Shown: one piece after another, positions 46,899 to 56,628 of the stretch
Position numbering within the stretch: position 1 is the stretch's first letter
Layout of the letters: each line of letters opens with the position of its first letter
Origin: an uncultured Flavobacteriales bacterium
GTDB taxonomy: Bacteria; Bacteroidota; Bacteroidia; Flavobacteriales_D; Crocinitomicaceae
Reading direction: 5' to 3'
Assembly: GCA_966250255.1 (NCBI GenBank)
Contig: CBINGV010000001.1
Span: 2,323 to 66,322 of the forward strand
DNA length: 64,000 nucleotides
The notes under the pieces: model-generated
The model's database searches: none
What the model saw: only the letters and a program-made list of their open reading frames with translations
What the model was told of the DNA's origin: nothing
Made by a program: the position numbers and the translations under genes

Positions 46899-47897
46899 AT
46901 GAAAATCAAAGCGCCATTCATTTTGCGGGAAGCGCATACGGAAGCCATCCTGGCCCTCCTGAAGCAAACCATGCTCGGGACGGATGGTGCGCGCTACCGC
47001 CACCTGAATACCGTTGAAACGGTCGGCGATCTCGACCATCCGCTGTTTTTATCCCTGGAACGCGGAGAAAAGGTCATCGGCAACATCAGTTTCTGCCGGC
47101 GCGGAACAAACTGGTATATCCGCTATTTTGCCTTCGATTCCCTCTTCCAAAGTACAAAAGCGAGCACGAAGAACAAAAAATCCGGCTTAAAGGAAGGCAT
47201 TGCGGATTTTTTCAGGGAACAAACCGAAGCCGGGATTTGTTTTTATGCCTATGTGGACCCCAAAAACCTGCGCAGCAAGTTCATGTGCGAAAATTTTGGT
47301 TTTGAAACCATCGCCCGCTTGAAAACCTTTTCTTTTTCGCGCTCAAAACCCAAAGCAAACCCGGAGCTGTTAGAAATAAGTGACCCCGAGCGAATTCGAA
47401 GCATGCACCGAAGTTTCAGCGATCAGCTTTTTTACACAGCACCGGAGCTGAAAGGCAGCCGTTATTATGCCCTGGAAAAAAACGGCGAAACCCTGGCTTT
47501 TGCGCGTATCCGTTGTGCGCATTGGGAAATTGAGCGCCTTCCCGGGAAATTCGGAGCACTGCTTGTAAAATTGGTCCCTTTTATTCCTTTCCTGAACCGT
47601 TTCCTTCTTCCGTCCAACCACCGTTTTTTGGTGCCGGACCTGGTGTGGGCAAAAGACAAGGATCCCAAACTCCTCGAAGAACTCTTTGAATCGCTGCTTG
47701 CTGCCGAAAAACACCGTTTGCTGCTTTGGTGGGCCGACGAAACGGATCCCATTCTACAGCACGAAAAACAAATTCGCTGGGGCATTTTCAGTCGTTTCCT
47801 GGGCAACCCTCCGGTGGATGTGGTTGCTAAATTCAACCCGGAGAGCCGGCCAGACACCTATCAGCCTGTCTTTGTGTGCGGGATTGATTTGATTTAA
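46899..47897 (+). CDS. Hypothetical protein, possibly GNAT-fold
   Basis: 332 aa with no signal peptide. MCENFGFETIARL resembles a GNAT motif, but weakly. No confident family. Confidence 0.65.
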   Translation: MKIKAPFILREAHTEAILALLKQTMLGTDGARYRHLNTVETVGDLDHPLFLSLERGEKVIGNISFCRRGTNWYIRYFAFDSLFQSTKASTKNKKSGLKEGIADFFREQTEAGICFYAYVDPKNLRSKFMCENFGFETIARLKTFSFSRSKPKANPELLEISDPERIRSMHRSFSDQLFYTAPELKGSRYYALEKNGETLAFARIRCAHWEIERLPGKFGALLVKLVPFIPFLNRFLLPSNHRFLVPDLVWAKDKDPKLLEELFESLLAAEKHRLLLWWADETDPILQHEKQIRWGIFSRFLGNPPVDVVAKFNPESRPDTYQPVFVCGIDLI

Positions 47898-47916
47898 GCG
47901 GTTTGGCGCAAAATCT

Positions 47917-47924
47917 TATCTTTG
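47917..47924 (+). promoter_or_regulatory. -7 box TATCTTTG upstream of the nuclease gene
   Basis: TAnnTTTG match 18 nt upstream of the ATG at 47943. Confidence 0.5.
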
Positions 47925-47942
47925 TGCGTCAAGATTGATTTC

Positions 47943-50765
47943 ATGCAAAAATTCGTTGATCGTATTGCCCAACACCTCCTGGAAAGCGACACGCCCCTGC
48001 AAAACTGGGTGGTGATACTGCCGTCGGAGCGGGCGAAGCAATACATCCGCAAAGCCTTGTATGAACGCCTGCAAAAACCGGCTTTTGCACCGCAGATGCT
48101 GACGATCAATCGCTGGGTTGCCCAGCAGGCGAAAAGGGCCGTGATCGACAAAACGCATTTGCTGCTGGAACTCTACGACATCCACCGGGAGTATCCCTCG
48201 GCGGAAATCGACACCTCTTTTGACGAGTTCCTGAGCTGGGGACGGATGCTCATGAGCGATTTTGACGAAATCGAGCGTTACCTGGTGGACCCCAACCTGC
48301 TGTTCCGGAACCTGAAGGACATCAAAGAAATCGAAAACTGGAGCTTTAACTCGACGGAAGAGCTGACCGAAAGCCAGCGCAAATATTTGGCTTTCTGGGA
48401 ACGGCTCGGCTCCTATTTCATTCAATTGCAGCAACGCCTGAGCGCCAAAAATGCCACGATGCCCGGAACGGTATACCGGCAGGTGGCCGAAAATACGGTT
48501 TTGTTTTTCAATGACGAAAGCAAACGTTACCTGTTTGCGGGCTTCAATGCACTTTCGAAGGCCGAAATGCAGCTGTTCCGCAACCTGGTGGAGGCCGGCA
48601 AGGCGGATGTGCTTTTCGATGCCGATCAGTATTATTTGAACGACAAGGCCAATGAAGCCGGGCATTTCATCCGGAAATTCCGCGAATTCATGCAGATTCG
48701 CGACTTGCAAGTGCTGCGTAACGAGCTTGTCAACGCCCCGAAGGAAATTGAGATCATCAGTTGTCCGCAGCTGACCGGGCAGGTCAAAGTAGCACAAACC
48801 TTATTGGCACAAATTCCCGAAGATGAGCTTTCGGAAACGCTGGTGCTGCTCGCTGACGAATCGCTGATCATCCCGCTGCTGCAAAACATCCCGAAACTGG
48901 TCAAAAAAGCCAACATTACGCTCGGTTTGCCGCTGCGCTCTACGGCTCTGGTCAACTGGCTGGCGCTGGTGTTCAACATCCAGGAAGGCTTTATCCGCTA
49001 CCAGCGCAAAACGGTCTATTACAAAGATTTGCTCGCCGTGTGGAATCACCCGTTTTACAACGAAATCCTTTCGGAAGATGAACGCCGGGCCGTTTACCGC
49101 AAAGAGCAGGAAATCCAGTCGCGCAATATCATTTTCCAGTCCTTGAAAAACGTACAGCTTTCGGAAAAAAGCGACCGCATCCTCGAAGTCTTGTTCACGC
49201 CCTGGGAAAATTCCTGGGAGAGGGCCCTGGAGGCCATCCGCGAGCTGAACCGCCTGCTGTACGAAGGCTTTGACCCCGAAAAAGAAAGCAATAAGCTTGA
49301 GAAAGCCATTATCCAGCGTTTCGATGAGGTGATCATCGATTTCCAGAACTGTGTCAAAACGGCTTTTCCTGAAATGTCTTTGCGAAGCTTCAAAACCCTG
49401 TTTAACCAGGAATGGGCCTCTGAAAGCATTGCGTATTACGGGAACCCGATCGACGGCCTGCAGGTGATGGGCTTGCTCGAAACGCGTTTGCTGGATTTTA
49501 AAAACATGATTGTGCTCGGCCTGAATGAGGGTAAAATGCCCCCGTCGAACCCGATCAACTCGCTTATCCCGATGGATTTGCGCCAGTTCGTGGGCCTGCC
49601 GACCGTGCGTGATAAACAGGGGCTTTTTGCGCATCACTTTTACCGCCTGCTGCATGGCGCTTCCAGGATCTGGATCACCTATCACAATGGCGTGGATTCC
49701 TTTTCCTTCGCTGAAAAAAGCCGCTTCGTAGCCCAGATCGAAATGGAGCTCGTGAAGGCCAATCCGAACATCCGGATCGTGCACAAGGATTACACGCTGG
49801 CGCAGCCGGACGGCGCTTCGACCCGGAAAAAAATACAGAAATCACCCGAAATCCTGGACCAGCTCGACTTCCTGTTTGAACGCGGGATTTCGCCCTCGAT
49901 GATCAAAAAATATTTTACCTGTCCGCTGGATTTTTACTTCCAGTACGTGCTGAAATTCGGCGAGGAGAAAAAAGTCGAAGAAGAGCTCGAAAGCAGCACT
50001 TTCGGGACACTGATCCACGCCGTGCTCGAAGATTTATACCAGCCTTTCAACCAGGAAACACAGGGCGACCTGGCCCCGCTGCTGACAGAAAAGGACATCA
50101 ACAAAATGCTGCTCGTTTTTGAAGGACGGTTGTTTGAACAATTCAAAAATCATTTTAACGGCGACGAGCAGGCCTTCCTGAGCGGGAAAAACTTCCTCAG
50201 CTATTCCATGTCGATCGAAATGTGCCGCCAGTTTCTCTATTCCGAAAAAGAATTTTTCCGCCGGAACCCCGAAGCGAAAGTTGCCATTAAAGCCTTGGAA
50301 TTGCCGGTAAACGAAAGCCTGGAAATCGAAATTGCCGGCCGCAAAAAAACGATCTGCCTCAAGGGTTACATTGACCGGGTGGATGAGGTGGACGGACACA
50401 CGCGCATCCTGGATTACAAATCGGGGAAAGTAAGCGAAAAAGACGTGGACAACCCGCGCATCAAGCTGGACGGCGATGAAAACGATTACCTGGTGTGGGC
50501 CAGCAAAAATGTCAAGTATTTTTTCCAGCTCTATACTTACCTCTACCTTTTCCGGCAAAAAACCGGGATTACAGCGCGTGAAAACGGGATCATTTCGATG
50601 GTCAATTTCCGCAACAACCCTTTTTTGCTGAAAGCGCGCGATCTTTCGCATGAAGAGCTGATTGCCCGCTACCCGCAGGTGCTCGAAGCGATCCTGGGCG
50701 AAATTTATGACGCAGCCACTGCCTTTGAGCATAACCCGGCATCGCGTTATTGCGCGTATTGTTAG
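47943..50765 (+). CDS. PD-(D/E)XK nuclease family protein, AddB/RecB-like (about 940 aa)
   Basis: A long inactivated-helicase-like body is followed by a C-terminal nuclease block, LKGYIDRVDEVDGHTRILDYKSGK, and terminal cysteines (..YCAYC). Start moved to MQKFVDRIAQHLL. Confidence 0.8.
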   Translation: MQKFVDRIAQHLLESDTPLQNWVVILPSERAKQYIRKALYERLQKPAFAPQMLTINRWVAQQAKRAVIDKTHLLLELYDIHREYPSAEIDTSFDEFLSWGRMLMSDFDEIERYLVDPNLLFRNLKDIKEIENWSFNSTEELTESQRKYLAFWERLGSYFIQLQQRLSAKNATMPGTVYRQVAENTVLFFNDESKRYLFAGFNALSKAEMQLFRNLVEAGKADVLFDADQYYLNDKANEAGHFIRKFREFMQIRDLQVLRNELVNAPKEIEIISCPQLTGQVKVAQTLLAQIPEDELSETLVLLADESLIIPLLQNIPKLVKKANITLGLPLRSTALVNWLALVFNIQEGFIRYQRKTVYYKDLLAVWNHPFYNEILSEDERRAVYRKEQEIQSRNIIFQSLKNVQLSEKSDRILEVLFTPWENSWERALEAIRELNRLLYEGFDPEKESNKLEKAIIQRFDEVIIDFQNCVKTAFPEMSLRSFKTLFNQEWASESIAYYGNPIDGLQVMGLLETRLLDFKNMIVLGLNEGKMPPSNPINSLIPMDLRQFVGLPTVRDKQGLFAHHFYRLLHGASRIWITYHNGVDSFSFAEKSRFVAQIEMELVKANPNIRIVHKDYTLAQPDGASTRKKIQKSPEILDQLDFLFERGISPSMIKKYFTCPLDFYFQYVLKFGEEKKVEEELESSTFGTLIHAVLEDLYQPFNQETQGDLAPLLTEKDINKMLLVFEGRLFEQFKNHFNGDEQAFLSGKNFLSYSMSIEMCRQFLYSEKEFFRRNPEAKVAIKALELPVNESLEIEIAGRKKTICLKGYIDRVDEVDGHTRILDYKSGKVSEKDVDNPRIKLDGDENDYLVWASKNVKYFFQLYTYLYLFRQKTGITARENGIISMVNFRNNPFLLKARDLSHEELIARYPQVLEAILGEIYDAATAFEHNPASRYCAYC

Positions 50766-50776
50766 TTGCTTATTCT

Positions 50777-50857
50777 CCTCCCTTGAGGGAGGATAAAGGA
50801 GGGTGACTTTATGAAAACCGTCATGTCACCCCTCTTGGTCTCCCCTCAAGGGGAGAA
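50777..50857. repeat. GGGAGG-hairpin intergenic element, copy 2 (31-nt core at 50777-50807)
   Basis: The core CCTCCCTTGAGGGAGGATAAAGGAGGGTGAC is 30/31 identical to copy 1. It is followed by an inverted GTCACCCCTC and a second hairpin, TCTCCCC-TCAA-GGGGAGA. Confidence 0.8.
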
Positions 50858-50918
50858 AGGATGCACTAACTCACAAACTACTCACTCAGCAACTCCAAAA
50901 CTTATCAACTAAAATAAT

Positions 50919-50926
50919 TATCTTTG
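50919..50926 (+). promoter_or_regulatory. -7 box TATCTTTG upstream of aspS
   Basis: TAnnTTTG match 40 nt upstream of the ATG at 50967. Confidence 0.45.
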
Positions 50927-50966
50927 CAGCTCACCAAGAAGTAGCAACAAAGTTAATTTTCGATTC

Positions 50967-52724
50967 ATGTACAGAACGCATACCAACGGCGAATTACGCC
51001 CGGAACACATCAACACAAATGTAACCCTGGCCGGATGGGTACAAAGTATCCACGATTTGGGAGGGATGACTTTCATCGACCTGCGCGATCGTTACGGCAT
51101 TACGCAGCTGGCTTTCAGTATGGAAGAAAATGCCGCTTTGTGTGAGCAGGCCCGCAAACTGGGGCGTGAATTTGTGATCCAGGCGGAAGGTACGGTGATT
51201 GAGCGTTATTCCAAAAATAAAAATATCCCGACGGGCGATATCGAAATCAAGGTGTCGAAACTAACGACCCTGAACGCAGCCAAAACACCGCCTTTCACTA
51301 TCGAGGACGAAACCGACGGCGGCGAGGAGCTGCGCGCGCAATACCGTTACCTGGACCTGCGCAGGAACCCGGTACAGCAAAAGATCCGCCTGCGCAACAA
51401 GGTGGCGCTCGAAACGCGTAAGTACCTGGACGGGCAGGATTTCCTGGACGTGGAAACGCCTTACCTGATCAAATCCACGCCGGAAGGCGCCCGTGACTTT
51501 GTCGTACCGAGCCGCATGAACCCGGGAGAATTTTATGCCTTGCCCCAATCGCCGCAAACCTTTAAGCAATTGCTGATGGTTTCGGGCTTTGACCGCTATT
51601 ACCAAATCGTGAAATGTTTCCGCGACGAGGATTTGCGGGCCGACCGCCAGCCGGAATTTACGCAGATTGACTGCGAAATGGCTTTCGTGGAACAGGAAGA
51701 CATCCTGCAAACTTTTGAAGGCATGGTAAAACACCTCTTTGCCGAAGTGCGCGGCATTCATTTTGATTATACTTTCCCGCGGATCACTTATGCGGAAGCA
51801 ATGGAAAAATACGGCTCCGATAAGCCGGATATCCGCTTTGGAATGGAGTTCCTGGATTTTACGGAATTGACGAAAGGCAAAGGTTTCCCGGTGTTTGACA
51901 ATGCCGAAACGGTCCTGGCGATCAATGCCGAAGGAGCGAACGGCTATACCCGCAAGCAGATCGATGCACTGACAGAATGGGTGAAGCGCCCGCAGATCGG
52001 TGCGACCGGCTTGGTTTACCTGCGCTATAATGAAGATGGAACGCTGAAAAGCTCCGTAGATAAATTTTACCCGGAAGAAGAATTGAAAAAATGGGCTGAA
52101 AAAGCACAGGCCAAACCGGGCGATTTGCTGCTTTTGCTTTGTGGGAACCTGGATAAGGTACGCAAACAAATGAATGAGCTTCGTCTCTATATGGGCAATG
52201 AGCTCGGGCTCAGGAACCCGGATGTGTTCAAGCCGCTTTGGGTACTCGATTTTCCGCTCCTGGAATGGGACGAGGAAAACAGCCGTTACCATGCGATGCA
52301 CCATCCGTTTACCTCACCGAAACCGGAAGATTTCGAGCTGATCAAGACCGATCCGGGGAAAGTACGCGCCAATGCTTATGACCTCGCGATCAACGGAGTG
52401 GAGATCGGCGGTGGCTCGATCCGGATTCATGACCGCGATTTGCAGGCGCAAATGTTCGACCTGCTCGGCTTTACGCCGGAAGAAGCGCAGGAGCAGTTCG
52501 GCTTCCTGATGAATGCTTTCGAATACGGCGCCCCGCCGCATGGGGGACTGGCTTTCGGGCTTGACCGCCTCGTGGCTTCGATGGGTGGTTCGGATTCGAT
52601 CCGCGATTATATTGCCTTCCCGAAAAACAACCGCGGCCGCGACGTGATGATCGACGCGCCTTCTGCGCTGAACGATGCGCAATTGAAAGAGCTGAATATT
52701 GCGGTATCGGTGGAAAATTCGTAA
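50967..52724 (+). CDS. aspS: Aspartate--tRNA ligase
   Basis: 585 aa with an OB-fold N-terminus, class II motifs ([32 protein letters not shown]) and the bacterial insertion domain. Confidence 0.97.
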   Translation: MYRTHTNGELRPEHINTNVTLAGWVQSIHDLGGMTFIDLRDRYGITQLAFSMEENAALCEQARKLGREFVIQAEGTVIERYSKNKNIPTGDIEIKVSKLTTLNAAKTPPFTIEDETDGGEELRAQYRYLDLRRNPVQQKIRLRNKVALETRKYLDGQDFLDVETPYLIKSTPEGARDFVVPSRMNPGEFYALPQSPQTFKQLLMVSGFDRYYQIVKCFRDEDLRADRQPEFTQIDCEMAFVEQEDILQTFEGMVKHLFAEVRGIHFDYTFPRITYAEAMEKYGSDKPDIRFGMEFLDFTELTKGKGFPVFDNAETVLAINAEGANGYTRKQIDALTEWVKRPQIGATGLVYLRYNEDGTLKSSVDKFYPEEELKKWAEKAQAKPGDLLLLLCGNLDKVRKQMNELRLYMGNELGLRNPDVFKPLWVLDFPLLEWDEENSRYHAMHHPFTSPKPEDFELIKTDPGKVRANAYDLAINGVEIGGGSIRIHDRDLQAQMFDLLGFTPEEAQEQFGFLMNAFEYGAPPHGGLAFGLDRLVASMGGSDSIRDYIAFPKNNRGRDVMIDAPSALNDAQLKELNIAVSVENS

Positions 52725-52733
52725 TTTTGCAAG

Positions 52734-53249
52734 GTGAAAGCGTTTTTGATTTTTCCTGTTTTGTTCCTGGCATCCTGTGCCGTGTTCAAGGGTGGGAAAA
52801 ATACCGTTACCGTAAGCGGCAAAATTGAGATCCACCGCCCGTATTGTGAACAAGGCAAACCGAGCGATGCGGAAGCCGCCAAAGGCAGCAGTGAACCCTT
52901 CCCGCTGGCGACTTTCTATGTGAAATCGCAAATGAATAACGATACAAAGCAGGAAACGGTTGTGAAGTTTACAACAGACGCGGAAGGCCATTACAGCTTT
53001 AAGATCAAAAAAGGGACTTACGTGGTGATCCACGAGGACAAAACGCTTCCTTTTGACGAGTACGTTAAAAAACAGGGGACTTCTACGGATAAGTTCCTGC
53101 AGTATATTGGCGACGACGAAGCCCGCAAAATTTACCAGCGCCTGGATTTCAGCCTGGACTTGCAGAGCGACAAGACATTTGATTACAAATATAAAACGAG
53201 GTGTTTCGCCGGGACAAAGCACCTCCTGATTTATACCGGTCCCAAGTAA
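52734..53249 (+). CDS. Hypothetical lipoprotein
   Basis: 171 aa with a GTG start and lipobox FLASC. No recognised family. Confidence 0.65.
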   Translation: MKAFLIFPVLFLASCAVFKGGKNTVTVSGKIEIHRPYCEQGKPSDAEAAKGSSEPFPLATFYVKSQMNNDTKQETVVKFTTDAEGHYSFKIKKGTYVVIHEDKTLPFDEYVKKQGTSTDKFLQYIGDDEARKIYQRLDFSLDLQSDKTFDYKYKTRCFAGTKHLLIYTGPK

Positions 53250-53278
53250 AATTATCAATCACATCAATTTTATCAGTT

Positions 53279-53692
53279 ATGTATCCTCCAAGTTTAACAG
53301 CACCGATGAAAGCCGATCTTACCAATGCAGGCTTCCAGGATTTGACCACACCGGACCAGGTGGATAAGGCCATCAAAGATACGAAGGGCACTTTGCTCGT
53401 AGTTGTAAACTCCGTATGCGGTTGCGCCGCCGGCAATATGCGCCCGGGCGTAAAACTTTCTTTGCAGAACGAAAAAACACCGGGAACGCTGACAACCGTT
53501 TTCGCGGGTGTTGACCCGGAAGCGGTGGCCCAGGCACGCAAGTATTTCCTGCCTTACCCGCCATCCTCTCCATCCATTGCTTTGTTCAAGGACGGTGAGC
53601 TCGTGCACTTTTTGGAAAGACACCACATCGAAGGCGGAACCGCCCAGATGATCGCCGAAAATTTAGCGGAAGCGTATAACGAATTTTGTTAA
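53279..53692 (+). CDS. BrxA/BrxB-family bacilliredoxin (YphP/YqiW, DUF1094)
   Basis: 137 aa from MYPPSLTAPMKADL, with VVNSVCGCAAGNMRP (CGC redox motif) and PSSPSIALFKDGELV. The track's N-terminal extension was rejected. Confidence 0.85.
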   Translation: MYPPSLTAPMKADLTNAGFQDLTTPDQVDKAIKDTKGTLLVVVNSVCGCAAGNMRPGVKLSLQNEKTPGTLTTVFAGVDPEAVAQARKYFLPYPPSSPSIALFKDGELVHFLERHHIEGGTAQMIAENLAEAYNEFC

Positions 53693-53713
53693 TCTCATTT
53701 CCGCCTTTGGAGT

Positions 53714-53782
53714 GGATTAAGGGGGAGGATATTTTTACGCTAATCGTTTATGTCACCCTCCTCAATCCTCCCTCGAGGGAGG
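53714..53782. repeat. GGGAGG-hairpin intergenic element, copy 3 (31-nt core inverted at 53752-53782)
   Basis: The reverse complement of 53752-53782, CCTCCCTCGAGGGAGGATTGAGGAGGGTGAC, is 29/31 identical to copy 1. The arm GGATTAAGGGGGAGG lies at 53714-53728. Confidence 0.8.
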
Positions 53783-53791
53783 AAGCCGTTT

Positions 53792-54559
53792 ATGTACATC
53801 GACACCCACACGCATTTATATTCCGAACAATTCGGCAATGACCGTACGGAGATGATCCAACGCGCACTGGATGCGGGCGTGGAACAATTGCTGCTGCCGA
53901 ATATCGACCTGGAATCCATCCCGGGGATGTACGCCCTGGAGCAGCAGTTTCCAGGGGTTTGTCATGCGATGATGGGTTTGCATCCCTGTTCGGTAGATGC
54001 TGATTTCGAAGCGGTACTGGCGGAAATCCGGAAGGAATTGTTCAGCCGGAAATTCATTGCGGTGGGCGAGATCGGGATTGACCTTTATTGGGACAAAACT
54101 TTCCTGGAAGAGCAGAAACAAGCCTTTGCGATGCAGATCGAATGGGCGAAGGAGCTGCGCATCCCGATCGTGATCCATGCCCGGGATTCCTTCGAGGAGA
54201 TTTTTGAGGTGCTCGACCGCCACAATGATGAGCGTTTGACGGGGGTTTTTCACTGTTTTACGGGCACGGAACGCGAAATCCTGCGGGTACGCGCTTACGG
54301 CGGTTTCCTTTTCGGGATCGGCGGGGTGGTCACCTTCAAAAAATCGGGCCTGGATGAAAGCGTAAAATTATTGTCGCCGGAGGAGATTATTCTTGAAACC
54401 GATTCGCCTTATTTGGCGCCGCATCCCCATCGCGGCAAGCGCAACGAGAGCAGCTATATTCCTTTGATCGCCGATAAGCTTTCGGATATTTTCGAGGTTT
54501 CCCCGCAGGAGATCGGCCGGATCACTTCGGCGAATGCCCGTAACTGTTTTTCCTTATAA
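53792..54559 (+). CDS. tatD: TatD family hydrolase
   Basis: MYIDTHTHLY metal-binding start, then IAVGEIGIDLYW, VIHARDS and ETDSPYLAP. The track's upstream ATG lies inside the repeat and was rejected. Confidence 0.92.
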   Translation: MYIDTHTHLYSEQFGNDRTEMIQRALDAGVEQLLLPNIDLESIPGMYALEQQFPGVCHAMMGLHPCSVDADFEAVLAEIRKELFSRKFIAVGEIGIDLYWDKTFLEEQKQAFAMQIEWAKELRIPIVIHARDSFEEIFEVLDRHNDERLTGVFHCFTGTEREILRVRAYGGFLFGIGGVVTFKKSGLDESVKLLSPEEIILETDSPYLAPHPHRGKRNESSYIPLIADKLSDIFEVSPQEIGRITSANARNCFSL

Positions 54560-54757
54560 TTTCTGCCGGTAAACAGGGTTCCCTGCTCCCCCGACATAAA
54601 AATCAAGGATGTAGTATTTGGAATCCTTGAAGACCATTTCTTTGCCCTGGATGGCCGAGACGCTTACTTCCCTGAGCTGCATCAGCTTCGTAGAATCTTC
54701 CTGGCCGAAAACGGCCTGCAAAAGCAGGAGGAAGAAGAGAACAGCGAGGGACTTCAT
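54554..54757 (-). CDS. Hypothetical small secreted protein
   Basis: 67 aa with a clear signal peptide, MKSLAVLFFLLLLQAVFGQ. No other support. Confidence 0.45.
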   Translation of the reverse strand: MKSLAVLFFLLLLQAVFGQEDSTKLMQLREVSVSAIQGKEMVFKDSKYYILDFYVGGAGNPVYRQKL

Positions 54758-54872
54758 GGAAGTTTGATTTGCTTAAAGGTACTCTGTTTTTTGTTCCTTG
54801 CTTTTCTTTTTCCCGGGTGTTTAGTTAGTGGTAGAAATCATTGATTGAGCCGTCATGGGGCTTAGTGGGAAT

Positions 54873-54906
54873 AAAAAAGCCTTCCGTTTGTGGAGGAAGG
54901 CTTTTT
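54873..54906. terminator. Bidirectional terminator downstream of family B copy 1
   Basis: AAAAAAGCCTTCC-GTTTGTGGA-GGAAGGCTTTTT. Confidence 0.7.
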
Positions 54907-54934
54907 CGTTGTTTGTATGTTCTTCAGCAAAGGC

Positions 54935-55249
54935 TTAAGGTAAACATTCTACTGTCAGCACTTCGTCACCGCAAAGGGTCACACGGCCAACCGGGCCTAA
55001 TTTGTAGGCAATATTCGGGTTGTTGTTCGGGTTCGGGTAAGCGGTTACCTGCAACCAGGCGCAGGTTGTAGCCGGGCCACAAGCGCAAAAGCCGATAGTT
55101 TCTACGGAGAAAGTATAAGCGCCGTTGTCGAGGCAGCCGTTTTCACGCAGGGCCTTGCGTGCAATTGCTTCCGCATTTCCGTCATAGTTCTGGGCAAACG
55201 TAAAAAGCGCCCCTAAAGCGAAAGCAGAAGTTAAAATCAGTTTTTTCAT
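54935..55249 (-). CDS. Small secreted cysteine-rich protein, family B copy 1 (unknown function)
   Basis: 104 aa with signal peptide MKKLILTSAFALGALFTFAQ. It shares the EAIARKALRENGCLD and PVGRVTLCGDEVLTVEC blocks with 55775-56092. Confidence 0.75.
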   Translation of the reverse strand: MKKLILTSAFALGALFTFAQNYDGNAEAIARKALRENGCLDNGAYTFSVETIGFCACGPATTCAWLQVTAYPNPNNNPNIAYKLGPVGRVTLCGDEVLTVECLP

Positions 55250-55721
55250 AGATGTAAGTGTTAAATGTGAGCGGCAAGATAAAGAAAGTTTTCCGAATAA
55301 GCGGCCGCTTTTAGGAGAAAAATTTGCTGTTTTTCAAGGAGATAGGTACTCTACGATTTAGTTGATGAGTTCCTGGGTTAGGAGGTGTGGAACCTGCCTG
55401 TCGGCAGACATGGCGCAAAGGGCGCGAAGTTTTACGCAGAGGCCGCAAAGGTTTTTTTGACATTCTAATTTGACACAAAAAAGTTCCAGTGAAATCCGTG
55501 CGATCTTCAGGAGGATATTACTGCCACGAAGACGCTAAGGCACAAGGCGGGCACAAAGATTTTTTGAAGTGTGGAATGCAGAGTTCGCAAAGTCTTTTCA
55601 CAAATCACAAAAGAACTTCCGTGGGATCCGCGTAACCTGCCTGCCGGTAGGCCGGTCCGCGGGAGGATATCAAACCGCCATCAAGACGCTAAGTTGAGTT
55701 TTTAAGTTATTCTGTAAAAAG

Positions 55722-55750
55722 AAAAATCCCCCAGCCGTTAGACAGGGGGA
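55722..55750 (-). terminator. Rho-independent terminator of family B copy 2
   Basis: The minus strand reads TCCCCC-TGTCTAACGGCT-GGGGGA followed by TTTTT. Confidence 0.7.
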
Positions 55751-55774
55751 CCTTCGTTTTATTCCAACATGCGC

Positions 55775-56092
55775 TTATTGTCCGCAGGTAACGCTGGTGA
55801 TTTCGCCGTCACAGATGGTCACGGTCCCAACCGGGGCCAATCTCACGTAAGGAGCGATGGTGGGATTAGCCACCGGGAAAAGTGTTACGCTGTAGCAGTT
55901 GTCCAGCAAAGGCAGTACTTCGGAATTGTAGTGTGTGATAAATGTTCCGTTGTAACCGTCCAGGCAGCCGGCATCCTGCAAAGCTTTGCGTGCCTTGGCT
56001 TCCATGTGGTTGTTGAAGCCGTTGTCCTGTGCGAAGCTGTTTACAGCGAATAAACCGCCAACAAACATAGCGGATAAAATGATTTTTTTCAT
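55775..56092 (-). CDS. Small secreted cysteine-rich protein, family B copy 2 (unknown function)
   Basis: 105 aa from MKKIILSAMFVGGLFAVNSFAQ, with EAKARKALQDAGCLD and PVGTVTICDGEITSVTC blocks. The track's N-terminal extension was rejected. Confidence 0.75.
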   Translation of the reverse strand: MKKIILSAMFVGGLFAVNSFAQDNGFNNHMEAKARKALQDAGCLDGYNGTFITHYNSEVLPLLDNCYSVTLFPVANPTIAPYVRLAPVGTVTICDGEITSVTCGQ

Positions 56093-56628
56093 AGGTATAT
56101 GTGTTTTAAGTGAGCACCGAATGTAAGCAAGTATTTTTGAATAAAAGGCCGCTTTTAGCAGAAAAAATTGCTGTTTTTCAAGGGGATGCACACTGTACGA
56201 TTTAGTTGGGGAAGAGGAAAGGGAGGGTCGCAAAGTATACAAAGGTTAAGCACAGACCACAAAGTTAAGGAAGCAAAGTATGCCGTTATTTTGAGTTGCT
56301 TAGTACACCTGGATTTTGGCAAAATAAAAATGTATCAATTCAAGATGAGCTATGTTTTCTATCTGGTTTATCAGTTTGAGTTTGAGAAGCGAGTGTGGAC
56401 AGCCTCAATACCCACCCTCCAGTCCACCACCCTTATAGTCTTATGAGGGTTTATAGCTTTTGCATTCTGCATCTTTTGCTTCGCTTACTTCGCGTAAATC
56501 TTTGCGTGTTTTGCGTTCCAAAACAAGGATGTACTTATGTGATAAAAAGAACGAGAACAGGAGCTGTGTGCTTATTTTCGGTGTTATTTGAACAAAAATG
56601 CGTTACTTTGAGCAGCAATTCAAACAGC

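Noticed and set aside
53279-53692. 'BrxA' taken as a hint of a BREX defence system.
   Set aside because: This is a bacilliredoxin (YphP/YqiW family with a CGC redox motif), an unrelated protein that shares the name. No BREX genes are nearby.
56395-56628. N-terminal extensions proposed by the ORF track. Examples: 56395 for ansA, 10702 for the lipoprotein, 40114 and 40665 for family A, 56242 for family B, 62504, 53750, 53201, 31065 and 11245.
   Set aside because: The extensions cross repeats, promoters or the upstream gene. In each case an internal start gives a canonical signal peptide or the conserved N-terminus of the family.
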